64,000 bases of DNA from positions 2,108,001 to 2,172,000 of the forward strand of contig OZ218956.1 in NCBI GenBank assembly GCA_965112735.1, given 5' to 3'. Position 1 is the stretch's first letter, and every line of letters begins with the position of its first letter. The stretch comes from Phaeosaccion multiseriatum. Taxonomy: Eukaryota > Protista > Ochrophyta, other classes. Below, piece after piece: positions 43,031 through 56,621 of the stretch. The position numbers and the translations under genes are program-made. The notes below the pieces were generated by a model. The model was not told the DNA's origin. It saw only the letters and a list, made by a program, of their open reading frames with translations, and did no database searches.

Positions 43031-45978
43031 GCCTTCCGCTCTTCACCGGGTGCCCGCTCGGACTCGTAGGCTAACTTGCCCCGCGTGTGGAGAAGCAACA
43101 ACGCGAAGGGGCGTGCCGCAGGCGAAGAGTCTCACGTGTGCGAATGAGGCGTGCGGCTGCAGGTGAGTTGCTTAGGTCAAGGCTACTGGACCGCAAACAC
43201 GCTGCTTGGCTCAAGGCCCCAAGCCACTAAATTGCGCTGCTCCTGCTGCTCCTGCTGCTCCTGCTGCTCCTGCTGCTGCTGCTGCTGCTGCTTGCTGCTT
43301 GACCCTGAGCCGCTGACTCTATAGCTATTGGGACCCTTTGTAGGCTTACCCTGACCATCCTGTCCACCCCCCCCCCTCCTCCCTCCCCCTCCCCCCGCCC
43401 CTTGAACTGTCTCTATTCTTTATGCCGCTCTCTCTTATATATATATGTGTGTGTGTGTGTACGTATCCCACACACAAGATTCCATGAGATCTTCTGCCGC
43501 CAGTGCGGCGAGTGGGGCACCAGTCGAGGCAAGAGGGGCTCGGCCGCGTGTGTGGGGTGCGCGTGTGGCAACTTGTTCTGTCAGTCACGCTGCCCGAATA
43601 AAGCCTGCCGGTACGTCGGCAGGCAGGGAGAGAGTCAGAGCAGACTAGACCAGAGTATGTAGAGGCATTCCACTGCCATCCTTTTGTCCTGACACCCACC
43701 CACCCACCCACCCACCCACCCATCCACTGCCATCCTTTTGTCCTGACACCCACCCATCCATCCACTGCTCTCCTCAGGCGCTGGAGTACATGGCCCGGTA
43801 GACACGGAGAAAGCAATCGCGTGTGCGTTGCTCCCAACTGCCGCCAAGTGTATCACGAGACCTTCTGTCCGAAGTGCCTCTCTTGGAGCACCTGGCCGGG
43901 GGAAAAGGGTGGCACCGCCTTGGTTTGCAAGTACGTGACTGACTTGGTTTGTTCTCTCTCTAGGTTGAGGAGAGGGGTGAATACCTCGCTTCTGTCCTTG
44001 TCTTGGTCTTCTTCCTTTGCTCCTTGCTTGCTTGCTCTCCTTCGTTCCTTCTTTCCCTTCCTTGCCTCCCCTCCCTTTCTCCTCCCTTTCTTTCTTCCTT
44101 CCTTCCTTCCTTCCTTCCTTCCTTTCCTTCTTCCCTTCCTCCCTTCTCTCCTCCCTTCTCTCCTCCTCCCCCTCTTCTCTCCTCTCCTCCTTCCCTCTTC
44201 CCTCCGCTCCTCCTCCCCTTGTTGCCTCCTCTCCTCCTCCCCTGGTTCCCTCCTGTCCCCTACTTAACCAAACCCTTGCGCCCCTCGCTCCTGCCTCGAA
44301 CCCCACGACTGGCCTGTCTCTTGTCTCGCCCCCCCGCCTTACTCACAGATGCCGGTGTGAATTCTTCGAACTCAAGTGCCCAGTGTGCGGCTCCTGGGGC
44401 AGCCTCGTGGGCAAGCGGGTGAGGGGACAAGTCGTTTGCTGCAGGTATGTATTACGCGTACGGAAGGGTCATACCATTCAAGTGTCATCCATTGCCATCC
44501 CCCCACCACTCACCCACATACACGCACGCACCCACCCGCCCACCCACGCACCCACCCACCCACACGCATCCACCCACTGACCCACCCACCCTATCCAACC
44601 CACACCCATCACCCACACACAACCCGCCAGCGCGTGTGAGGAGGTGACCCACGAGGCCCAGTGCCCCTCGTGCTCCGAATGGTCCTACCAAGTGGGATCA
44701 AGGGGCTGTTCGGAAACCCTCTTCTGCCAGAGCGAGACGTGTGAGGGCCGCTTCGGTTTCCACGAGGCCATGTGTGTGCGGTGTAGGAAGTGGTTTGGGC
44801 GGAAGGGCGCGCGGCAGGACCGGCAGCAGCTACTTCCACCTCCAGAAGTTGGTGGTACGGCTGTTGTTGGTGACGCAGCAGCACTCGTTGGTGCAGTGGC
44901 AGGAGGAGGAGGAGGAGGAGGAGGAGGAGGGGGAGGAGGAGGAGCAGCAGGAGCAGGAGGAGGAGGAGGAGGAGGAGGAGGAGGAGGAGGGGGGGGGTCG
45001 GGAGGAGGGGGGGCGGAGGCTGCAGTGTCCTGGCCTTCGTTAGAGCCTTCGTCACAGAGCAAGCCCTTGTTCTATTGTCATGCTTGCTACCGGGAGGAGG
45101 CAAAGCAGCAGCAGCAGCAGCAGCATGCAGAACGAAAAATGCAACAACAAGAACGAGAGCAAGAAGAACAACAAGCAGAGGAACAACAACAACAACAACA
45201 GCAGCAGCAGCAGCAGCAGCCGCAGCAGCCGCAGCAGCAGCAGCAGCAGCAAGAGCAAGAGCAAGAGCGGGGAGGCGATAAGGCTGACAGAGCTCGAGAG
45301 ACACGGCTGGAAGAAGCCTTGACTGAGCATCGCCACCGAAAGGAGCAGGAGGCGTCAGCGCCGCCGAAACCCCGTGCCCCGCAAGGTGAGGGAGGGAGGA
45401 GGAGGGGAGTGGGGCAGCTGGATCGTCGTCAACAGCAACACCAACAGCAGTTGGTGATACAGCAGCAACAGCAGCAGCAGCAGCAGCCTGAAGTGGAAGG
45501 GTACGAGCAGGAAGAAGAGGAGGAGGGGAGGGGGGGAGAGGAGGAGGAGGAAGAGGGGGAAGAGGGGGAAGAGGGGGAAGAGGAGGAGGAGGAGGGGGAA
45601 GAAGGGGAAGAGAGGCGGAGGACGGGCCAGACTCGGCCCCGTGAGCGTGAGTGGGGCACACTCAGTCTAGGGCACGATAGACCGCGGAACAGCAAGGGTA
45701 GGGGCAAGGGTACCGGTAAGGATGATAGGGGTAAGCGGAAGGTGGTTCCTCCCCCGGGGGGTGGTGGTGGTGTGAGAGTGAGGGTCATGCGGGAGGGGGC
45801 CTCTTGGTCCCCCGGGGAAGCCGTCGGCGGTGCGATACGGGAGTGTTGCGCCCGAGCTGCGGCTGTTGTGACGTGTAGCAATGGCAGCAGCGACCGGACG
45901 GACGGCGCCTATTGCTTCTGCCTCCAGTGCAACGCCTTTCGCCACTTCTCCTCCTCCCTGTGCTCTGGAGGGCGGTAG
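40612..45978 (+). CDS. DnaJ (J-domain, HPD) protein with a low-complexity linker and tandem CxxC zinc-ribbon-like repeats
   Basis: Micro-exons missed by the ORF track: 40612-40647 (MSDHYTALGLTS), 40867-40977 (ESEIKKSYRKLALKWHPDRH). Then 41646-43162 (FQQIHAAYSVLSDPRRKSAYD...), followed by Cys-rich exons at about 43480, 43778, 44349 and 44631-45978. Confidence 0.85.
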
Positions 45979-46391
45979 CTACTGGAGGTTTCAAGCGTTT
46001 CCAACTACTCCGAACTGTTGGGGTACAAATCACCACTTTTTGTAGGGTGGTGTGACTGACGTGCGTTGCTTTTCCCCTCTTCTCATTGTAGGCTTAAACT
46101 ATTACAGTAAGAAGGAACTGAAAAATATAAAAAAAAAATAGAACTGGGAGTGTCTGTGCGCGAACAGACGTGACCCTCGGTCACTGACATGACCCTCGGT
46201 CACTGAACCAAAGGGGGAGGGAGGAGTCATGCAGTCACCCCTGTCCCTCCACCGTCCGGTCTTGTCTTGCCAGCCAAAGCCGTTGGCGAGCATTCCGGCG
46301 ACCCATCCCTCGACTGTAATAGATCCATCTATAAACTGTAGGACCCCAATTAGTAGGGTTCCATCGTCGTCCTTCTCCCCGTCCTCATCGT

Positions 46392-49246
<2,855 letters not shown>

Positions 49247-50094
49247 CTTCTCCTACTGCTATCTCTGCTGTTAAAAAAAAAGGGTACGGTTGTTCTGCTG
49301 TTTTTTCTCTCTTTTTTTTTTGCGGCTTTGCTCTGCTTGCCATCAGAGGTATACAGGAAACAGTTTCCTATACTGCTTCTGTACTGTTGGCCAGCTTTTT
49401 TTCAGAATCGTCCGTCGGAGCCCGACACATAATTAGAGAGAGAGTGAGAGAGAGAGAGAGGGAGAGGAACTTTGCACAAGACGTGGGAGGCTGTTCACAG
49501 TGTTCTCATCCGACACCAGCCCGCTGGCTTTCGCCTTTCCTTGCATTTATCCAGTTGCTCTGGTCCTAAAGCTCCTCAACAATCTATTTTGGCCGGTCGA
49601 GGGAGGGAGCTCCCGAAGCTCAGCGACAGGAGGAGGAGTGGACAGCACCTCCAGCAGCGGCACGTCCAGCAGGATCAGTACCTGCAAAAGTGGTTGCAGC
49701 AGCGGCGGTAGCAGTAGAGCACAGCAACCCACACACTTTTTTGGGGGGAAGGAGGCCACCTGTTAAGAGGTCCGACGTGGCTTCACTGCTGTAGCTCCGC
49801 CCAGGGCTGCACAGCAGCGCAGTAAACAGTCTTTCTCCTCTGGGAGGGGATTTCTCGTCCTGGTTGGCCCACGGGAGGTCCCAAGTCTCCGGGCTGTGAG
49901 CGCTGCAATTGGTGCGAGCCTCAGTGAGTGGCAATGGCAGCAACAGTAGCGCCGACGGAGTTCGATTCCTCGCAGCTCTTGCCCGTACCGGGACCCCAAG
50001 AAAGTAGGTGCTGGAGGATGAGGGGCGGGTGGTGATGAGCAGGAGAAGGGAGGGACGACGCCTCTTGTTCCCCCCGAATATCGCACTTCTCCCC

Positions 50095-53000
50095 ATGCAC
50101 TTCTCCACATGTTTCGTACCTATCCCTCACTCTCTCTCTCTCTGTTGTTTTACTGTTGATCCCACCTTCGCAGAGGCCGTGGCGATTACAAGGCTCGTCT
50201 TGGCTTCCTTCTACTTCGTCGTTGGGTTTGGGTTTTTCCTCCCATGGCTTTTCAAAGGTGAGCTGGAGTAGACGAGGGAAGGAGAGACAGGCAGAAGAGA
50301 CAGATATGAGTTCAAGGGAAGGGGGGGGAAGAGAGACAGACAGACCGACCGACCGTCTGAGAAATACTGTGGCGCGCTTGACTCAGGTTCTCACTCCATG
50401 TGCAACTTCACCCGGACCCCCCCATATGCGTGCGTGTCCTCTCCTGGCCTGCCCCCCTGCCCTGCTCTGTCCTGCCCACAACGTCTCTTCCCCTCGCCTC
50501 TTCACATCACTCCAACACCCAACATACAGAGCGCAAATCGCTGGACGTCCGCCTACGCTCCCCTTACCTCCTCCTCGCCTCGGGATCCACGGCCCTGCTG
50601 GTCACCCTCATGCTGGCCCTCAGCAACAGCATATACATCCTTCACCCGGACCAGAAGGAGTGGCCCAAGTCGGACTATGCGCAGTCCTTCATCTTCTTCT
50701 CTCTGCCAATGTTCTACTTTATGTATGTCTTTCGGGCCGTGCGCCTTCTCGTCATGGCCCGACCGAAGCTGCGCAAGAGAGTGCCATCCTTCGTGGTGAA
50801 TGAGTTATATATCGTCGCCTTCTCCCTTGTGGTGGCGCTCGTGTGCTTCTTCCCCGTCCCGGTTGCCTACCAGCATGTGAGTGCGCGAGGAGAGAGAGAG
50901 GAGAGGGCACAAAATAGCTTGCCTTCTTTGTCCGACAGCCCCTTTCGCCTTTCCTGGCTGACCTTCCGGGCTGTGCTGTGTCTGTGTTCACTTTCTTCTT
51001 CTCCTCCTCCTCCCTCGCCCTCGATCCACTGCCATCCCCCACCTTGTCCTACCAGGACAAATACTCGAACCTTCAGAGTACGCCTTGGAAGGTCATCGAG
51101 TACTCTTTGTACGCGGTGTGCGCCTTGCTGGTCTTGCTCTTCCCCTTCGTCTTCCAAGTCAAGGACCTCTGGAGTCTCAATCAGGTACGGAACCCATCCG
51201 CCCCCCCCTACCCACATACCCTTCAATCTTGTCCGTTCGTGCATACCCTCCCTCTCATTTGCTCCCTTTGCCTCGCGCCCGCCCCACTCCCCTGACCCTG
51301 ACCCTTCTCCTCCCCCGCTGTGTACGGCCTTTGCAGGAAATCATGATCGTTTCGACGGCCTTCTTCGCCCTCACCTTCCTCAACCGCCTGGTGACTGAAA
51401 ACGCTGAGGCTGCCTTCAAGAGATGTGAGTGCACGCACGGTGTTTAGCTGTCATTCCTCTGATGCTGAGTTGTTGGTCGAAGGGCGGGCGGGGGGGGGGG
51501 GGGGGGGCACGAGTAGAAAGGGGTGTTAATCCTCAGCATTGTTGCTTCGAACGAGTGTATGTGCATGCCCCTCCCATGCGTACCAAACGTCATTCCTCGG
51601 CCTGGCTTGCTCACAGTTTTGCCTGACCGTGCCCCCCCGACACCACACCCCACGCCCTTCACGCCCCTGCTCATCGCCTCCTCATCCTCCTCCTCCCTCC
51701 CTCCCTCCTTCCCTCCCTCCCTCCCTCCCTTCTTCCCTGTCTCCCGCCCTCCTGACCTTCAACAGTCGACTTCGAGAGTATGTGGATCAAGATCTTCAAG
51801 TGGCTCATCTCCCGCCACGATCTCACCAATTTCGTGGCATTGCTTGTCTTTACGGTATCCAACGTCTGGCCGGTCATCTCAATCATTCGGAGAAGGAAGC
51901 AGCAAGAGGACCGACGACAGCGTGCAGGCAGGCGGTACGTTCGATTGCATAGCATCCTCTCTAGTCTGATTGCGTGAGTTTGGGTGTCATTCAGAGGCCC
52001 AACCCCCGTTTGCTCGGCGGCGATCGTCTGTCAGCCATCTCCGAGGGGTTAGCGGATGGACACTGCTCACCCGCTTTCTCGCCCTTGGGGCCTGATGGTG
52101 TTGCCATTACTGGCGCTGCTGCTGCTAATTCGCCCCTTGTCCTACCTACCTACCGTTGTTCTTTCCCTTCTTCTCCCGGTGCAAAACGGCAGGCAGAAGA
52201 GGTTCATCAAGTCCAAGCTATCCGCGCAAGCGGACCACCAGCAAGGCATGGACGGAGGCGCACACACAGCCGAAGAAGACATGGGGCGTTGCGACAGCAT
52301 GGACGGGGCGACAGACTATGACGAGAATACGGAGGTGGACGACAATGAGGCCGAGTTCCAGCAGGATCTGAGCCGATACGGCCGCCTGGCTGACATCAGC
52401 GCCGAGCCCGCCATCGAAGACGCCTTCTTGCGTTTCGTTCGCTCGGCCCTCTGCGAGGAGAGCTTCCTTTTCCTCAAGGCAGTGGATGCATACAAGGCAC
52501 ACAGCCCTCAGGACCCGCACTCGCCCGTGCCAAACAGCCCCGCCTCGAGTATCGTGGGACATTCCGCGGAGGCTGCTCAGGCCGCCACTCGTTCAGCCAC
52601 CAAGGCCCGGCACAGTCCACTCACCCGCCTCGCGTCGGGGTACGGGTCTTCTCCGCGCCTGCCGGGGGTCGTGGCGAGGTTGGCAAGGTCGGTGTCGTCA
52701 CCCCCTCAATCTTCTCGGGGTGGGACCTCCACTCGCGGGACCCCGGCTGCCGGCACCCCCCGTTCTGGTACTGCTGCTGCTGGTGGTGGTGGTGATGATG
52801 CTGGTGCTACCCCCTCCTCTCCTCAGATGCCGTCGGCTTTGGCGTCTGCGCTGGCCGCGGAGGAGGAGGGGCGGCTGCAGAGCCACACGTTTCAGGCCTT
52901 TAAGAGACTCTGCGATGCCTACATTGAGGAAGGCTCTCTCTATGAGGTGAATATCAGCAGTAGACTCAAGAAGAGCGTGCTTGGGTACAGCAAAGACCCT

Positions 53001-53492
53001 ACTCTGTTCCAGGCGCTGTCTGTGGCGGAGCGGAGAAACGTGTTTGACCCCTGCTACTCGGCCATCAAGAGCATGCTGGAGATGAATTTGGTCATTCGGT
53101 TTTTGACATCCAAGGAGTTTGCCGCTGGGAAGGCGGAAATTCACGAGACGCGGGAGGAGAGGGAGCAGCAACGGCTTGTGCAGGAGGAGCTAGTGGCCGT
53201 GAGGGTGGAGCTGGACGATGTCAAGAGGCAGAGAAAGTTCTTGGAGGGACGGGCGGAGCTAGAGGACGAGGGGGAGGAGGAGGGCTTCGAGGCGAAGGAG
53301 GGGGGGGCAGAACAAGATGAAGAGCAAGGTGGAGGTGGGGGTACGCTGGCTGATGATGCTGAGGGGAGAATGCCCAGAGGTGGACCACGAGGTGACGATG
53401 GCACTTCCATCAGCACCGGGTCTGCGAGCACCAATGTGGTGAGTGCAATGGTGACCTCCGCCACGCCGGCCGCAACGGCCACCGCTCAGTAG
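50095..53492 (+). CDS. Multi-pass transmembrane RGS (regulator of G-protein signalling) protein, 7TM-RGS-like
   Basis: Several hydrophobic exons between 50174 and about 51935. RGS box AFLRFVRSALCEESFLFLKAVDAYK...LCDAYIEEGSLYEVNISS..VFDPCYSAIKSMLEMNLVIRFLTS. Start uncertain. Confidence 0.85.
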
Positions 53493-54067
53493 AAGGGAAG
53501 TAGAGGTTAGGATGGGCCGTTGTCATTGTCTGCACTGCCGTGGACTATACTCTATTGGCCATTTGGCTATTGACGTGAACTTCTTTCTGTCAATAGTCGG
53601 ATGTTGACGAAGGGCACTAGATAGAAGCCCAGGGGTGGGGGGGGGGACAGAAGGGAGGGGAAGAGGGAGGGAGCACAAGTGGTATCTTTGTTGGTTGTGC
53701 GAATGAAGGGGGACAAGGTATTTGTATCTATCTCCCAATGGGAACACAAAGATCGAATGATTGGTTGTTGAAGGGTGTGCGAGGGAACATCATCATGTCC
53801 TACCTCCTGTGGTCATTCGGACCTAATGGGGTTTTTGGTAAACGCACACACCTACCTACCTATTAGAAGTAATTATCAATATACATGCACGCTACTCCAT
53901 GGATCGACAGAGATCAAAAAGTGGGTTCAATGGACCACATGCCTCAAGACCCTACCCGAGGCCGAGCACGCTTCCGCTCAGAGCAGGGGACGGCGCATCC
54001 CGTAACCAGAGGTGCTCGGCCCTCCGGCCTTGCTGCGCGGGATGCGCACCCTAGAAAGGGGCCGTAC

Positions 54068-54218
54068 TCAGCTGCTCAACCTTGGGGCTGCCTCAGGTGT
54101 CCTTTTGCGGCTTGCTTCACAGCGGTACATTATCGACTTTCCCACGGCTGTGTGGCCTCCTCCTACCTCTCGCCGCATCGTCACACCGGTACGGCACCAA
54201 ATGATGTGGTTACTGCTG

Positions 54219-54268
<50 letters not shown>

Positions 54269-56293
54269 GCTTTTCATTGTCCGGGAGGAAGCCCCAGGCA
54301 CCAAAACCCCTCCTCTCATGCAATGCGGACAGCGTTCCATTTCGTCTTTCTTCCCTCTTCTCTCTCCCTTCTTCCCTCGCGTGTAGACGACGCCTGCCCC
54401 GCCATGATGCTCTCTCAGTTCATCACCCCTTTGAAAAGGGCTTCGTGGCCTGTGGACTGACTCGTCTTTAATCAAGAAGCAAATTCTCTTCTGTTCTTCG
54501 CTCATGACTCGCTTGACTTTTGCGTTGCGATATGATTCCTCCACGTCGTCCAATCTCGGCTCCTTCGTCGTGCTCTTTTGTAGCCACCGCCACGACGAGT
54601 CAATACAGCAGGCAGCTCCAACAAGGACACTCACACCCTCTCCTCGCTCGGCCCGTGACGTCACGTCCTCCTCGAACCAATCAAGTCGACAAGGACCTTT
54701 CCCACTCTTTGATGGACTCAATGGACTGACTGCTGGTGCTTCTTGCACTGGCAACGAGAAGGATGAGAAGGGAGACTTAGGAAGGTGGTGTACTACGGGC
54801 CCGCTTAGCCGCAGGTAGTAGAGAAGGGAAGTCGCCGCTTCGACTCCGAAGGCCAAGCGGGGACGGCTGCTGCTGCTTGTTGTGGGGGCTGCAGACACCC
54901 TCTTCGCGTGCTTCGGCCTGCCGCTGGTGGTGGTGGCGGCGGTGGTGGTGGTTGGTCGTGTCGTTGTCGCCTCCTCCCCCTCGTCCTCCTCCTCCGCCTC
55001 CTCCTCGCGCTGAGTAAGTGTGTCTCGCTGCTAGGACCTGTGAGGCGGCCGCAGTAGCCACGATCCCCAAACAAGTGGTCAGGAGGGAGAAGCAAGGCTT
55101 AGTCCTGCAGGAATCAAGTCAAGCAGAGCCGAAAGAAGGAGGCGGGGCGGAGCGGGGCCGACTAGAGCACAGCCCCTGCTGTAGGGTGAGAACAAAAGAA
55201 GCGAAGGAACAACAAAGTTCGAACGAGCGTGGCGGCGGGCGCAAGCAACAAGCAAGTCAAGCCGCAAGGGCATTCTTCTCACCGGGAAATCGTTTCCTTT
55301 TCCTTCTCCCCCTTGTTGCACTGCTGCTCTTCTTGGAGCCTCTCGTTCTCCTCGTCCTCCTCCTCTTCTTGTCGCTGCAGCTAGTGGTGTGTGTCCGGGA
55401 CTGTGCTCTCCGCCGGCGCGAATCGGGGCTGGGAAGGACAAGCGTCTGCTATAGGAATAGGAGGGAGACTTATCCACCTCCTTCACCACCCCGCCCCCCT
55501 CCCTGCTTCCCGGCGGCGTAGTATCCGCATGCTGTCCACGGGACTGGTGAGCCGGGAAAAGGCTCTCGTCTGCTGTACCGAAGCTCAAGTCGATGAGCCC
55601 CTTCCTTGCCCCACGCTTCGGAGTCGGTTCCACCTTGCTGAGTGAAGAGGAGTGACGACGGAGAGAAGGAGCAGAGGAGGAGGGCGTCGACATTGCCGGG
55701 TGTTCACCGAGCCGCGCATGATGGTCTGCTGCAGGAGGGGAACACGACCGACGAGGAGACGTCGCAAGCTTGTTTCCGGCGCCGGCGGCGGCGCTCCCCC
55801 CCTCGCCTCCCTCCCCTCCTGCTGCATTCTCCGGCTGTGTCATCGGTCCGTCGCCCGGAAGCTCGTCATCGCCGTCCTCGCCCAACTCGTTTGCTGGAAC
55901 CGTCGCAAGCCCATCTCCGGCCTTTGATGGCAACGCAAAGGGCCGCTCTGGCCACAGCCTAGGAGAGGCGAACTGAGAAGGAGACGGCGCTCTCTTCCCC
56001 CGCCCATTGGCAAGGTCAATACCTTCTTGCTCTGGCATTGCCCGCCCCTCAGTGCCATCTTCTCCCCAGCCCTCATAGAGACCAATCGAGCACCAGCCCC
56101 TCCGAGCCTCTTCCCTGTTGCGCTCACTGCTATACAGCGCCCCTGCCCTCTCTGCTGCCGCCGCGGCGAACCACGTTTGGCTGTTCCTGAGCTGGAGCAG
56201 GTCAGGTACAAAGCCTGTCCCCAGCAGCTTCTCCTCCTCGCCCTCCCCATCTTGCCCCCAACCTTTGCTTTCGCTCCTCACGTTCCCTCCCAT
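54068..56293 (-). CDS. Hypothetical protein, largely disordered and S/P-rich; structure uncertain
   Basis: ORFs 55079-56311 and 54068-54898 can be joined through a plausible intron (about 55012-55282). No recognisable domain; 3' end uncertain. Confidence 0.35.
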
Positions 56294-56297
56294 ACGC

Positions 56298-56482
56298 TCG
56301 ACCCCTGACACGCTATCCGCTATCCGCTATCGCCGGCGCCAGCCGGCTTTGGGGGGGGGGGGGGCGTGCTATCCGCTGTCGCCGGCGCCAGCCGATCCGC
56401 TATCCGCTATCGGCCGGTGGCCGATAGCGCGCTATGGGGGGCGGGGTATCGCGAATGTGGGCGATAGCGCGTCAGGGGTCGA
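56298..56482 (+). mobile_element. MITE, best-preserved copy: 20-bp TIR (19/20 match) and 6-bp TSD ATACGC
   Basis: TCGACCCCTGACACGCTATC ... GATAGCGCGTCAGGGGTCGA; ATACGC at 56292-56297 and 56483-56488. Confidence 0.88.
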
Positions 56483-56621
56483 ATACGCGTTGTATTTGGA
56501 AGGGTCCCGAACCCTTTTTTTGACAGTTCCCTTTTCTTTACATTTTGTACATTTGCTCACATTCTTCTCTTTCTCCCTCTCTCTCTGTCTTTCTACGACC
56601 GTGTGATATGCGCCTGCCTAT

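Noticed and set aside
49470-50110. ORFs between TPI and TM-RGS
   Set aside because: Low-complexity overlapping frames with no support; likely promoter or 5' UTR.
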